Origin: Somniosus microcephalus | Taxonomy: Eukaryota | Direction: 5' to 3' | DNA length: 64,000 bases | NCBI GenBank assembly: GCA_052327205.1 | Contig: CM126211.1 | Span: 153,264,001 to 153,328,000, forward strand | The notes under the pieces: model-generated | Databases searched by the model: none | Told to the model about the DNA's origin: nothing | What the model saw: only the letters and a program-made list of their open reading frames with translations | Program-made: the position numbers and the translations under genes | Shown: positions 12,536-23,336 of the stretch, one piece after another | Layout: each line of letters opens with the position of its first letter | Numbering within the stretch: the first letter of the stretch is position 1

Positions 12536-13249
12536 ATACTTCACATTTATGAAGCCCCACTCCTCAAGCTGATAGTACACTTTAAACTCCATCCTCTCCA
12601 CTTCTTCAATAACCCAGAGGAAATACGACCAAGGGTTTCTACTCTGGTGCTATAGAGGTCTCAAGGTTGATGAAACTCCTGTACGATTTTGGTTTCTGTT
12701 CTTTACTAATACCTTCTCCCTTGGTACTTTCTCGGCATCATTTCAAAGTATCGTACAGTTCTCCGTATCCTATTTTATGTGGAATGCATGCTTTGTTCTA
12801 CTTGTATTTAGCTTTTCGGCATGGTTCTGAATAAATATGCCTCAGCATCACTTCTGAATCCTGAACACAAGATTTACACTGTCTGGCAGGCTGCTACTTG
12901 TCACTGGTTACCACTTTCACCTCTTTTCTACCAGCATTCTTATCATGACCCTTGTTTAAAAGCTCATTTGGCTCAATGCCACTTTATTAAGATAATTCAA
13001 ATGCTTAATCATAGCTTTGCTGAAATTGGACAGTTGTAGCTGCACCTACAGTATGAGTACACTGCATTTTCCACTGTATTTTCCAATTACAAATTTATGT
13101 CAGATCTTCTTGTAGTTAAACGTGCTCTGGCTGTCTGAAAGCATCTTTTTAACCCAGTACGGTATTGTGGTACCTGTATACCAAAAATGATAAGTTATGC
13201 TATTACAATGCTTTTTTACTTAATTTGTACCGTGAAGTGTTAGAGGGAC

Positions 13250-13670
13250 ATGGGGAGAATTTTAACACCCCTCCAGCTGGCAGAAACTGGGTGGGCAGAC
13301 AGATAAAGTGCCCCATGCGACTTTCCCCTCCAATACCACTGCCTTCCCGTGGGTTCCAATATTAACCTGAGGGCTGAATGTAACTGTGCCTGGCGGGATT
13401 GGGTCGGGTGGATGGTCAAAATGGCAGTCAGGCACTTCCCGGTACATTTGCACCGCTGCCATTTTAACAGTGCTGATTTTGGTGTCAGGAAAGGCACCCA
13501 CCACAGGCAACCAGGAGCCTCATTAATATGTAAAGGTCATGGTCCAATGATGCAATTAGGGTCCTGACATGATTTTAACTCCAAGCCGTGCAAATCTGGA
13601 CCAGCCAGTGAAAGCTGGCTGCAACTTGTCCTGAAGAGGCCCAGTTAAGTTTTATTTTTTTATGGTTTCC
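13250..13670. mobile_element. MITE-like fragment (ttttaac family)
   Basis: Begins ggggagaattttaac; repeated attttaac motifs as in 19045-19327 and 24391-24930. Confidence 0.45.
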
Positions 13671-14520
13671 TTGTGAAAAAATGTCCCAAGGGGCTTCACA
13701 AATGGAAATATAGAGATCCAAGCCATGGAGGGAGAGGTTACAAGGGGTCACTGAAAGGTTAGTTGAAAATATGGATTTTGAGAAGGTTTTTCAACGTAGA
13801 GACACAAGTTGAGAGGTGAGGGGGTTTAGGAAGGAAGTCCAGATATGAAGGCTGAAGCAGCTCAAGGCTCTACCAGCAATAATGGGGCAAAGGGATAGGG
13901 AATGCACAAAAGGCCAGAGTTAGAGGACTGAAGGGTGCAGGAGGGGATTTAAAGCTGTAGACGGTCCAGAGATAGTTTGGGGCAAGGCCATGGAAGCACT
14001 TGGATAAGGATGATGATTTTAAATTTACTGCATTGGGAGATGGAGAACCAATTTATTTGTTAACTCAGGCATTAGCCTATTTATTTTAAATGGGTTAATG
14101 CCTCCATTAAAAGAGTGGACAGAGGAGTGTCGTGCCAACATGTTCTGCATTCATCCTTGTTTTCATATCACTCCATAGCATCACCACTCCCTATCTCTGT
14201 AACATCTTACAGCCCTACACACCTCTGAAATTTCTGTGCTCCTCCAATTCTGACCTCTTGCGCATCCCTGATTTTCATTGCTCCACCATTGGCAGCCGTG
14301 CCTTTAGCTGTCTAGGCCCTAAGCTCTGGAATTCCCTCCCTATTCTCTCCGCCTCTCTACCTCTTTCTCCTTCTTTGAGAAGCTCCTTAAAACCTATCTC
14401 ACCTGTAATGTCTTCTTATGTGGCTCAGTGTCAAATTTTGTTTGATATCGCTCCTGTGAAGCACCTTGTGATGTTTTACTATGTTAAAGGTGCTATATAA
14501 ATGCAAGTTGTTGTTGTTGC
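13671..14520. mobile_element. Two L2-type 3' fragments in opposite orientation
   Basis: The + copy gives GSRAFSCLGPKLWNSLP and ends tataaatgcaagttgttgttg; 13671-14050 is the decayed reverse complement. Confidence 0.65.
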
Positions 14521-15687
14521 ATTCATCTACCGATATCACTGGCAGTAATTTCTTTGTTATTGGGCCTGTGAAGATTGAAAGTTTTACAAGAAGCAGAATG
14601 ACATTATCGGGCAGGGAATAGGTAGGTGGGTTAAAGTGATTATTTAATGATAAAGAAAATTTTGATGTTTCACAGCATCAATGTGGTAAGAGTTTACATA
14701 GAATATGAGAATAAACTAGCAAGAAATATAAAAACAGGTTGCAAGTGTATAGAAAGGAAGAGATTAGCAAAAGTAAATGTGGGTTCCTTAGAGGCAGAGA
14801 CAGGAGAAATTATAATGGGGAGTATGGAAATGGCAATGATGTTAAGCAAATATTTTGTGTCTGTCTTCACAGTAGAATTCACAAAGAACATACCAGAAAT
14901 TGTGGGGAACCAAGGGGCTAATAAGAGTGAGGAACTTAAAGTCAAAGAAAAAGTACTGGAGAAATTAATGGGACTAAAAACTGATAAATCCCCTGGACCT
15001 GATGTCCTACACTCTAGGGTTTTAACAGAGGTAGTGGAGGCATTGGTTTTGATCTTCCAGAAATCCCTAGATTCTATAACAGTCCCCCCGTGGATTGGAA
15101 GGTAGCAAATGTAACCCGGCTATTCAAGAAAAGAGGTAGCGAGAAAACAGGGAACTACAGGCCAGTTAGCCTGACATCAATAGTAGGGAAAATGCTGGAA
15201 TCCATTATTAAAGAAGTGGTAACAGGGCACTTGGAAAATCACAATATGATTAGGCAGAGTCAACATGGTTTTATGAAAGGGAAATCGTGTTTGACAAATC
15301 TATTAGAGTTTTTTGAGTGTGTAACTAGCAAGGTAGATGGGGGGAACCAGTGGATGTAGTACATTTGGATTTTCAGAAGGCATTCGATAAGGTGTCACAC
15401 AAGAGGCTGTTACACAAAATTAGGGCTCATGGGATTGGGAGTAATATATTAGCATGGATTGAGGATTGGTTATTGGACAGAAAACAGAGAGTAGAAATAA
15501 ATGGGTGATTTTTGGGATGGCAAGGTGCAACTAGTGGGGTGCCGCAAGGATTACTGTTTGGGCCTCAGCTATTTACAATCTATATCAATGACTTAGATGT
15601 AGGGACTGAGTGTAATGTATCCAAGTTTGCTGATGATACAAAGCTAGGTGGGAAAGTAAGCTGTGAGGAGGGTGCAAAGAGGCTGTA

Positions 15688-16670
15688 ACAACAACAACAA
15701 CTTGCATTTCTATAGCACCTTTAACATAGTAAAAATTCCTATGGAGCACTTCACAAGAGTGTTATCAAACAAAATTTGACACTGAGCCACATGAGGGGAT
15801 ATTAGGGCAGAAGAAGGTAGGATTTAAGGAGTGCCTTAAATGACAAAAAAGAGGTAGAGAGTTGGAGAGTTTTAGGGAATTCTAGAGCTTAGGGCCTAGG
15901 CAGTGGAAGAAACGGCCACCAACGGTGTAGTGATTAAAATCAGGGGCCAGAATTGGATGACTGTAGATACCTCGGAAGGTTGTAGTGCTGGAGGAGGTTA
16001 CAGAGATAGGGAGGGGCAAGGCCATGGAGGGATTTGAAAACAAGGATGAGAATTTTAAAATCGAGACATTATGTAGCATAAGAACATAAGAACATAAGAA
16101 ATAGGAGCAGGAGTAGGCCAATCGGCCCCTCGAGCCTGCTCCACCATTCAATAAGATCATGGCTGATCTGATCCTAACCTCAAATCTTCTATCACTCTGC
16201 ATCCACCCGAACCCATGTGATCTCCCGGGAGAGGCGAAAAACCAGATAAAGACCCAATGGCCAATTTGGGAGAAAAAAATCTGGGAAATTCCTCTCCAAC
16301 CCATCTAGGCGATCGAAATTCTTCCAGGAGATCACTCTGTCCCTATATTTTCTACAGTACTTACCTTCTGTAAAGGCGATCTCCACCCCAGCCAGGAACA
16401 GGAATAAAACCATCTCCTGAAATCTAACACAGAATTAGAACACAAGAAGTAGGAGCAGAACCAGGCTACACGGCCCCTGGGCCCACTCCACTACCCACAG
16501 GGCCATGACCATTCCGAACCTAGACTCATGTCCAATTTCCTGCCCGCTCCCCGTAACCCTTTATTCCCAAATAACCGGGAGCCAATGTAGGTCAGCGAGC
16601 ACAGAGGTGATGGGTGAACGGGACTAGGATACAGGCAGCAGAGTTTTGGATGAGCTTCAGTTTATGAGTA
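15688..16670 (-). mobile_element. L2-type 3' fragment with (CAA)n tail, itself interrupted at ~16076-16570
   Basis: aacaacaacaacaacttgcatttctatagcacc tail; reverse-strand peptide GGRFFHCLGPKL. Confidence 0.7.
16076..16570 (-). mobile_element. CR1 3' end with extended, double-tailed 3' UTR
   Basis: On the minus strand: end of ORF2 (ggttacggggagcgggcaggaaattgg), a first tail-like motif ctgctcctacttcttgtgttct, an insert, then the canonical tail ctgctcctatt(tcttatgt)n. Confidence 0.7.
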
Positions 16671-17562
16671 GAGTTGACAAAGGGGTATAGACTGGTTAAG
16701 TGATTGGGCAAGAAGGTGGCAGATGGAGTATAATGTGGGGAAGTGTAGAATTATCCACTTTGTTAGGAAGAATGGAAAAGTAGAATATTTTTTAAAAGTT
16801 GAGAGACTCGTAAACGTTTGTATTCAGAGGGATTTGGGGGTCCTTGTACATGAAACGCAGAAAGTTAACATGCAGGTGCAGCAAGCAATTAGCAAGGAAA
16901 ATGGCATGTTAGCCTTTATCGCAATGGGGTTGGAGTACAAGAGTAAGGAAGTCTTGCTGCAATTGTACAGGGCTTTGTTGAGCCCACACCTGGAGTACTG
17001 TGCACAGTTTTTCTCTCCTTACCTAAGGAAGGATATACTTGCCTTAGAGGCAGTGCAACGAAGGTTCACTAGATCGATCCCTGGGATGAGAGGGCTGTCC
17101 TATGAGGAGAGATTGAGTAGATTGGGCCGATATTCTCTGGAGTTTAGAAGAATGAGAGGTGATCTCATTGAAACATATAAAATTCTGAGAGAGCTTGATA
17201 GAGTAGGTGCTGAGATGCTGTTTTCCCTGACTGGAGTCTAGAACTAGGGGTCATAGTCTCAGGTAAGGGGTCGGCCATTTAGGACTGAGATGAGGAGAAA
17301 TTCCTTCACTCAGAGGGTGATGAATCTTTGGAATTCTCTACCCCAGAGGGCTGTGGATGCTCAGTCATTGAGTATATTCAACAACAACAACAAGTATATT
17401 CAAGAATGAGATCGCTACATCTTTGGACACTAAGTGACTCAAGGGATATGGGGATAGGACGGGAAAGTGGAGTTGATGTAGAAGGGCAGCCATGATCTTA
17501 AGGAATGGCGGAGCGGGCTCAAAGGGCCGTATGGCCTACTCCTGCTCCTACTTCTTATGTTT

Positions 17563-18300
17563 TTAAGACCTCTATCAGGTCACCCCTCAGTCTTCTTTTT
17601 CCTCGAGAAAAGAGCTCCAGCCTGTTCAATCTTTCCTGGTAGGTATAACCTCTCAGTTCTGGTATCATCCTAGTCAATCTTTTTTGCACCTTCTCCAGTG
17701 CCTCTATATCCTTTTTATAATATGGAGACCTAACTGTTCACGGTACTCCAAGTGTGGTGGTCTAACCAAGGTTCAATACAAGTTTAACGTAATTTCTCTG
17801 CTTTTCAATTCTATCCCTCTAAAAATGAACTCCAGTGCTTTGTTGCTTTTTATGTCCTTATTAATCTGCATCGCTACTTTTAATGATTTGTGTATCCCTC
17901 TGCTCCTCTACCCATTCAGACACTTATTTTCCAAGGAGTATGTGGCCTCCTTATTCTTCCTACCAAAATTTACCACCTCACACTTATCTATATTGAAGTT
18001 AATTTGCCAATTACTGTACATGCCCATTCTGCAAGTTTATTAATGTCTTCCTGTATTTTGTCGCAGCCGTCCTCTGTATTAATCCCCCAATTTGGTGGTG
18101 ACTGCAAATTTTGAAATTGTACTTCTGATTCCCGAGTCCAAATTGTTTATGTGAATAGTGAACAACAGTCTCCCAGCACTGATCCTTGTGGAACACCACT
18201 TCCCACCTTTTGCCAGTCTGAATAACTACCTTTAACCCCTACGTTCTGTTTTGTAGCCAGCTTGCAATCCATTCTGCTACTTATCCCCTGACTCCACATG
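17563..18300 (-). mobile_element. Older decayed CR1 RT fragment
   Basis: The reverse strand has recognisable decayed SGVPQGS, KFADD-like and HLEYxxQ motifs. Confidence 0.75.
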
Positions 18301-19838
18301 TTTCTTTAAAGGAGCTTCTGTAGGAACTGAAACAAAGCAGCAAAGCTTGCACCTCATTGTTGAGTGAAGTTAGAAGAATGGAGCAAGTATTGGGCCCTCA
18401 TCCATCCAGACCCTCTGGCAGATCTTCCTTGTTTTTTCTCCTTTATTCACTGTGTGGCTGTGATTCATCCTTTCATTTTAACAGCACCAGGCAATAGTTT
18501 GAGGGGTTTTCCACAGGGCATTTTGTATAAAAGTTGACGGCTCCAAGTATCAACTTTGAAAATATTAACTAATCCTCTTCCAGAAAAACAACTTATTTTA
18601 AAATTATATTTGTGGTTGCATTTAGAAGGTTAGCTTCATAAACACAAATCCCACACTGATGGCTTTTTATTAGGGTATATGATCCCGCTTACCAGTCAAA
18701 AGGATCACTGGTTAGCTTCTACTCTGCTGATCCCCAGTGTGACTGAAACTATTTGGACTCAGAGTACCTGGGTGAGAAACAAAGAGGAGATTTATATTTT
18801 AGCTATTGGCCTGAGAGGAATATAAACATCTTGCAATCTCAGTACATATAATTAAGGTTTGAGTAAGTTTATAAAGTGCCCAAGATCTCCAAAGAAGCTT
18901 GAGAGCATTTTAAAACCGGTTTGACACCACAGTGGAGTTATACTCCATGTAGTGTCAAATCCAGGCAGCATGTGACAGCCTCTTCCAGGGGACTTCCACA
19001 ACTCCCCTCCAGGTTCAGGTTGGGACTTAACAGGTGAGTTATAAGGAGTGATTTTAACTCTGCTTGCCAGGTGAGCAGTTAAAATCACCTGGGGGGACAT
19101 ACTGCTGATGTCCAGTGCTCTTTCCGCAGGCTTCAAAATTTAACCTGCTCTTCTGAGCAGGTGAGAAGGACACACGCTGGAAACAAGTGGGGTCCTTCTT
19201 TAAATATGCAGATCTGGGGCCCAATTGCTATTTTAACCAATGACCTGAGGAGGGAAGTTGTTGTGCTTTCCCACCGAATCAACCTAGCAGGAAGAAGAGT
19301 CAGGCCAGAAGAGGCTCAAAGAAGTAAGGCCTAGAAATTCAGTTGTTTGCGCCAGCCGCTAGCGCCTTAGGAGGAGGAGAAGTGGGGCGCTAAGCGGCTA
19401 GCGCCCGGGCGCGGCGCGATCTGCGCCTCTCGTGAACTTCAGTTAAGATTTAGCGGTGGCGCAAAACCTTTGCGCGCGCTCAGCTGCGCACGCAGATCCT
19501 GACATCATTTCATGGTGCAACACCCTTTGTGCGCCCCGAACCGGAAATTCAGTGGCGCCGGCCTATTGTGCGCCTGGCGCCCCTAGCGACTGGTAGAGGG
19601 GAACGGTTCCCAGTCGCTGCAAGGCGCGGGGGGCGCAAATTAAAGGGGACTCCTCCTGCAGTATAAATGGCAGCCATTTTGCACCACTCCTTCTTTGTGA
19701 GAGACGGATCTTTGGAGAGAGACAAAGGTAGAGAGCTTTCTGGTTTGGCTCAACACTCGCACAGTTACTTGTGGCTTCAGGCCACAGCTTTGCAGTTGTC
19801 TTTAACTTCAGTGTCATAGCATTGATTGGAAACATATA

Positions 19839-20957
19839 ATGGGGGCTGCAATGGGTGGAAACGTTGGGCTTCTCCATTGTATTCAAAGGGCTCAGAGACG
19901 CCGTGAGAGAGTGCCAGTCATGGCCAGACGGAGAAGGGCCAACAGGCGTCGGCAAAGGAGGCCTTACCCACCCAGGGTATACCGCCAGCAGTTCTCATAT
20001 CTGAACATATCTGAGGAGCAGTGTGTTCGGAGGCTGCAATTCAGAAGGGCGGTGGTCACTGAGACCTGCCACCTGCTTCGCGGAGATCTGCAGCCACAGC
20101 TGAGGAGCAGGACGTCTCTGTCGGTGGCAGTGAAGGTGACAGTGGCTCTCAACTTCTATGCCACCGGCTCCTTCCAATCCGCTACTGGGGACATTTCCAA
20201 CATCTCCCAGTTTGCGGTACATTGCTGTATCCGCCAGGTGACCAATGCCCTTTTCAGAAGGAGACGTCAGTTCATCTCCTTCCCCATGACCGTTGACAAG
20301 CAGCAAGAGCACGCAATGGGCTTTGCAGCATTAGCGGGCTTCCCCATGGTGCAGGGCGCCATTGACTGCATGCATGTGGCTTTGCGGGCACCTCTAGAGA
20401 ATGCCGAGGATTACCGCAACCGGAAGGGCTACCATTCGCTCAACGTGCAATTGGTGTGTGACCACAGGCAGCTCATCCTAGCTGTCAATGCCTGCTTTCC
20501 AGGCAGCAGCCACGATGCCTTCATCCTGCGCCAGACTTTTGTGGCAGACATGTTCGAGGCCCAGCCTCACCCACGAGGATGGCTACTCGGGGTCAAAAGC
20601 TATCCTTTGTGCACCTGGCTGATGACCCCGCTCCATGCGCCCAGCACCCCTGCTGAAGAGGGATACAATGACAGCCATCAAGCAACCAGGAACATCATTG
20701 AGCAAACAATCGGCATGCTGAAGCAACGGTTCCACTGTCTGGATCGTTCCGGGGGAGCCCTACAGTACTCGCCTGAGCGAGTCTCCGATTTCGTTGTCGT
20801 GTGCTGCATGCTGCACAACCTGGCTCTCCGCGGGACTCAGCCACTGCCAGCAGACATTGGAGGACCACCGGAGGAGGAGGAGGAGAAGGACCAGCACAGG
20901 AGGGAGGCAGAAAGTGCAAGGGCCGCCCGTCGGCGGCTTATTGCAAGTCGGTTCTAG
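19839..20957 (+). CDS. Harbinger (HARBI1-like, DDE_Tnp_4 type) transposase, 372 aa; probably catalytically dead
   Basis: ALNFYATGSFQ, GAIDCMH (D176), NRKGYHSLNVQLVCD, FPGSSHDAFIL (D226), WLLGVKSYP (V252 where GDxGY is expected), RNIIEQTIGMLKQRF (E288), CCMLHN. Confidence 0.92.
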   Translation: MGAAMGGNVGLLHCIQRAQRRRERVPVMARRRRANRRRQRRPYPPRVYRQQFSYLNISEEQCVRRLQFRRAVVTETCHLLRGDLQPQLRSRTSLSVAVKVTVALNFYATGSFQSATGDISNISQFAVHCCIRQVTNALFRRRRQFISFPMTVDKQQEHAMGFAALAGFPMVQGAIDCMHVALRAPLENAEDYRNRKGYHSLNVQLVCDHRQLILAVNACFPGSSHDAFILRQTFVADMFEAQPHPRGWLLGVKSYPLCTWLMTPLHAPSTPAEEGYNDSHQATRNIIEQTIGMLKQRFHCLDRSGGALQYSPERVSDFVVVCCMLHNLALRGTQPLPADIGGPPEEEEEKDQHRREAESARAARRRLIASRF

Positions 20958-21151
20958 GCCCCTCTCAGGGAATGGCTTGTGCCAATGGCAGAAGATGAAT
21001 GTAGCCGCTCCACAAGCCCTCAGCCAAGCAGGGCAACCAGGACTTCCAAAAGAAAGCATGGACAGTGCGATTTAAGAATTTTTTTTACTGTGATACCTCT
21101 GTGCCCTTCCCACATGACAAACTAATGGAGAGAACCCCCCCCCCAAAACAC

Positions 21152-21348
21152 AAATACACCAGTCTCGGCCTTTACAATTAAAACAAATATACCAGTCTCG
21201 GCCTTTAAATATGAAACAAATACAGCAGTCTCGGCCTTTATATATGAAACAAATACAGCAGTCTCGGCCTTTATATATGAAACAAATACAGCAGTCTCGG
21301 CCTTTATATATGAAAAAATACACCAGTCTCGACCTTTATATATAAAAC
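21152..21348. repeat. 33-bp tandem array, 6 copies, between the converging 3' ends of the two Harbinger genes
   Basis: Unit aaatacagcagtctcggcctttatatatgaaac; central copies are near-identical and outer copies diverged. Confidence 0.95.
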
Positions 21349-21368
21349 AAAACATTTGGCCACACCTT

Positions 21369-23336
21369 CTACTTTTTCCCCTGCGAGGGTGATCCGTTTC
21401 GCTTCCGTGACTGGCCCCTACCCGCCCTGCAGCTCCTCCTCAATGGGACCCCAGTGGCTGCAGCAAGGCTGGGGGAAGGCTGCTGAGGGTCAGATGGTGA
21501 GACGGCAGATGCCCTTGGGGGTCGGCCTGGACCAGCTCTGGGCCTAGAGGGGCCGGCTGCTGACTGCTCCAACTCTGCTTGGGCGGCAGCAGTCTGTCCA
21601 ACAGCTGGTGGCAGCTGCAATGGAGGAGTGACCGTGTTGGCTGCAGGAATGCTACCAACCTGACAGATCACAGGCACTCCCTGGTCGGCTGATACATTGG
21701 CACGCGCATGGGCCAGCACTGCAGCATGCGCAGCAATCTGCTGAGGCACAGACTGCTGGGCTGCTGCGGCACGGCGAGTGCCCCGGCGATGCCTGGCCGA
21801 TCCAGCGAGTATGGCAGCAGTTAGTGCCCGTGTGCCTCTTGTCTGTGTCTGCATGACAGCAGCCAGTGAATGCACGGCACGACTGAGCACTTGGCTAGAA
21901 GCCGCCTGTGAAGCAGCGAAGTCCTGCTGACTCCTAGCCTGTGCTGCCGCGATGTCCTGCAGACTCCTGGCCTGTGCTGCACTTAATTGTTGCAGACTCC
22001 TGGCCTGTGCTGCACTGAATTGTTGCAGACTCCTGGCCTGTGCTGCCGCGACGTCCTGCAGACTCCTGGCCTGTGCTGCCCCGAATTCCTGCACACTCCT
22101 TGCCAGTGACTTTATGGAGTCAGGCATCCTTGCCACTGCAGCCATGAGCTCAGTGTGCCTGCGCTCAGCCTGGGCGCCCATTTCCGCTAGGAGCCGCACC
22201 TCCTCTGTGCTCACCGTAGCAGGACTGGAGGCCGCACTCACCCTCCGGGGAGAAGGCCGCCGAGCTTCCCCACCCCTCCCGCGTTGCTGCAGCCTGCTGG
22301 TCCCCAGAGCTTCACTATCCTCTGACCCTTCCCCCCTGCTCCCCTCCAGGGAAGACGTGTCACCATCATGGCCATGGGCTGCCTCAGCTGAGGGTGTCCC
22401 TGATGGGCTGGCTTCCTCTTCCTTCTCCTCTATGTCTGACTCGGACACAGTACCAGCTTGAGGGGCCACCTCCTCACCTGGCGAGTCACCATCTGAAAGC
22501 AGGGAGGCACAAGAGTTGCTTTAGAGTGAGGACAGGGCGGCAGCGAGGGAGGCATGAGTGCTGCTGTGCACTGCATTGGTTCGATAGTGGCAAAGGATGC
22601 TGGTGTGAGGCGCAAGTGGAAAGGGAGAGGTCAAAAAGGTGATGACCTTACCATTGGTTCCCAGAACAGGGTCAGCATCTCCAGTGGCGATGGGGCCACT
22701 CAGCCGGCCTGCCATGATCCGCTCCACTCGCTGCTCGAGGTCGCTCAGCTGTTTCAGGTCAGGACGGCCTCCCCCAGTCTGTCGCTGCTGTCTTCTGTTA
22801 TGCGCCAGCTTGGCCTGCAAGAGAAAGGACAGCCTCTAAGTACAGTGTCAAGCCCTGATCTTGCCCGCACTGCCTCCCATGGCCGATTAGCCCTGACAGT
22901 GTCAAGCCCTGATCTTGCCCGCACTGCCTCCCATGGTCGAATAGCCCTGACAGTGTCTAAAGTCCTGAATGCGCAAGTGCTTTTCATGACAGTCCCATAG
23001 CTGCTGGATGAGGGCTGGCCATTAGGGCTTTCAGACCCGTTTGGCCATAAAGTGAGGTGCACATGCAGGGATGAGGAGGATACTGGAAAGGGTACTCACC
23101 CTGACAACCCGAGTGAGGTCGTTGAATTTTTTCCAGCACTGGGTTGGTGTCCTGCCAACCACGCTGTTGGACGTGATCCTGTTTGCCACATCCCTCCATG
23201 CTTTCCGATATTTGGCGGGCAGCAGCCTCCTGCCACCCTCAGGGAAGAGGATATGGCACCTGCGGTCCACTGTGCCAACCAGCAGCCTCAGGTCACCCTC
23301 GCCGAAGCGCTGCGCTCTCTCCCTGGCCTTCTCCAT
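21369..23336 (-). CDS. Harbinger Myb/SANT-like DNA-binding partner, 3 exons (23336-23100, 22814-22652, 22492-21369), 507 aa predicted
   Basis: Exon 1: MEKARERAQRFGEGDLRLLV...KAWRDVANRI...RTPTQCWKKFNDL (Myb/SANT trihelix). Exon 2: RRQQRQTGGG...LSDLEQRV. Donors GTGAGT and GTAAG, acceptors ttctcttgcAG and gctttcAG; phases 0 and 1 keep one open frame of 1524 nt. Confidence 0.85.
21901..22108 (-). repeat. Coding 33-bp repeat (11-aa unit AAQARSLQxxx), about 6 copies
   Basis: Core gcagactcctggcctgtgctgc recurs every 33 bp on the + strand. Confidence 0.92.
22842..22967. repeat. 54-bp tandem duplication (about 2.3 copies) in intron 1 of the Myb gene
   Basis: acagtgtcaagccctgatcttgcccgcactgcctcccatgg... 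starts at 22842 and 22896, with a partial copy at 22950. Confidence 0.92.

Larger units (their letters stand above)
14697..17562 (+). mobile_element. CR1 LINE ORF2 (14697-15687 and ~16678-17562) interrupted by nested L2 and CR1 insertions
   Basis: KSPGPDVLHSRVL, NYRPVSLTSIVGKMLESII, QHGFMKGKSCLTNLLEFF; resumes as MEYNVGKC...RMRGDLIETYKI and ends in a tail at ~17560. Confidence 0.9.

Noticed and set aside
19839-20957. Calling the transposase the host gene HARBI1
   Set aside because: It lies within TIRs and a target duplication with a partner gene, so it is a transposon copy.
21152-21348. 33-bp array as a CRISPR-like repeat-spacer array
   Set aside because: Units are contiguous with no unique spacers, the context is eukaryotic, and no Cas or Fanzor-like ORF is visible.
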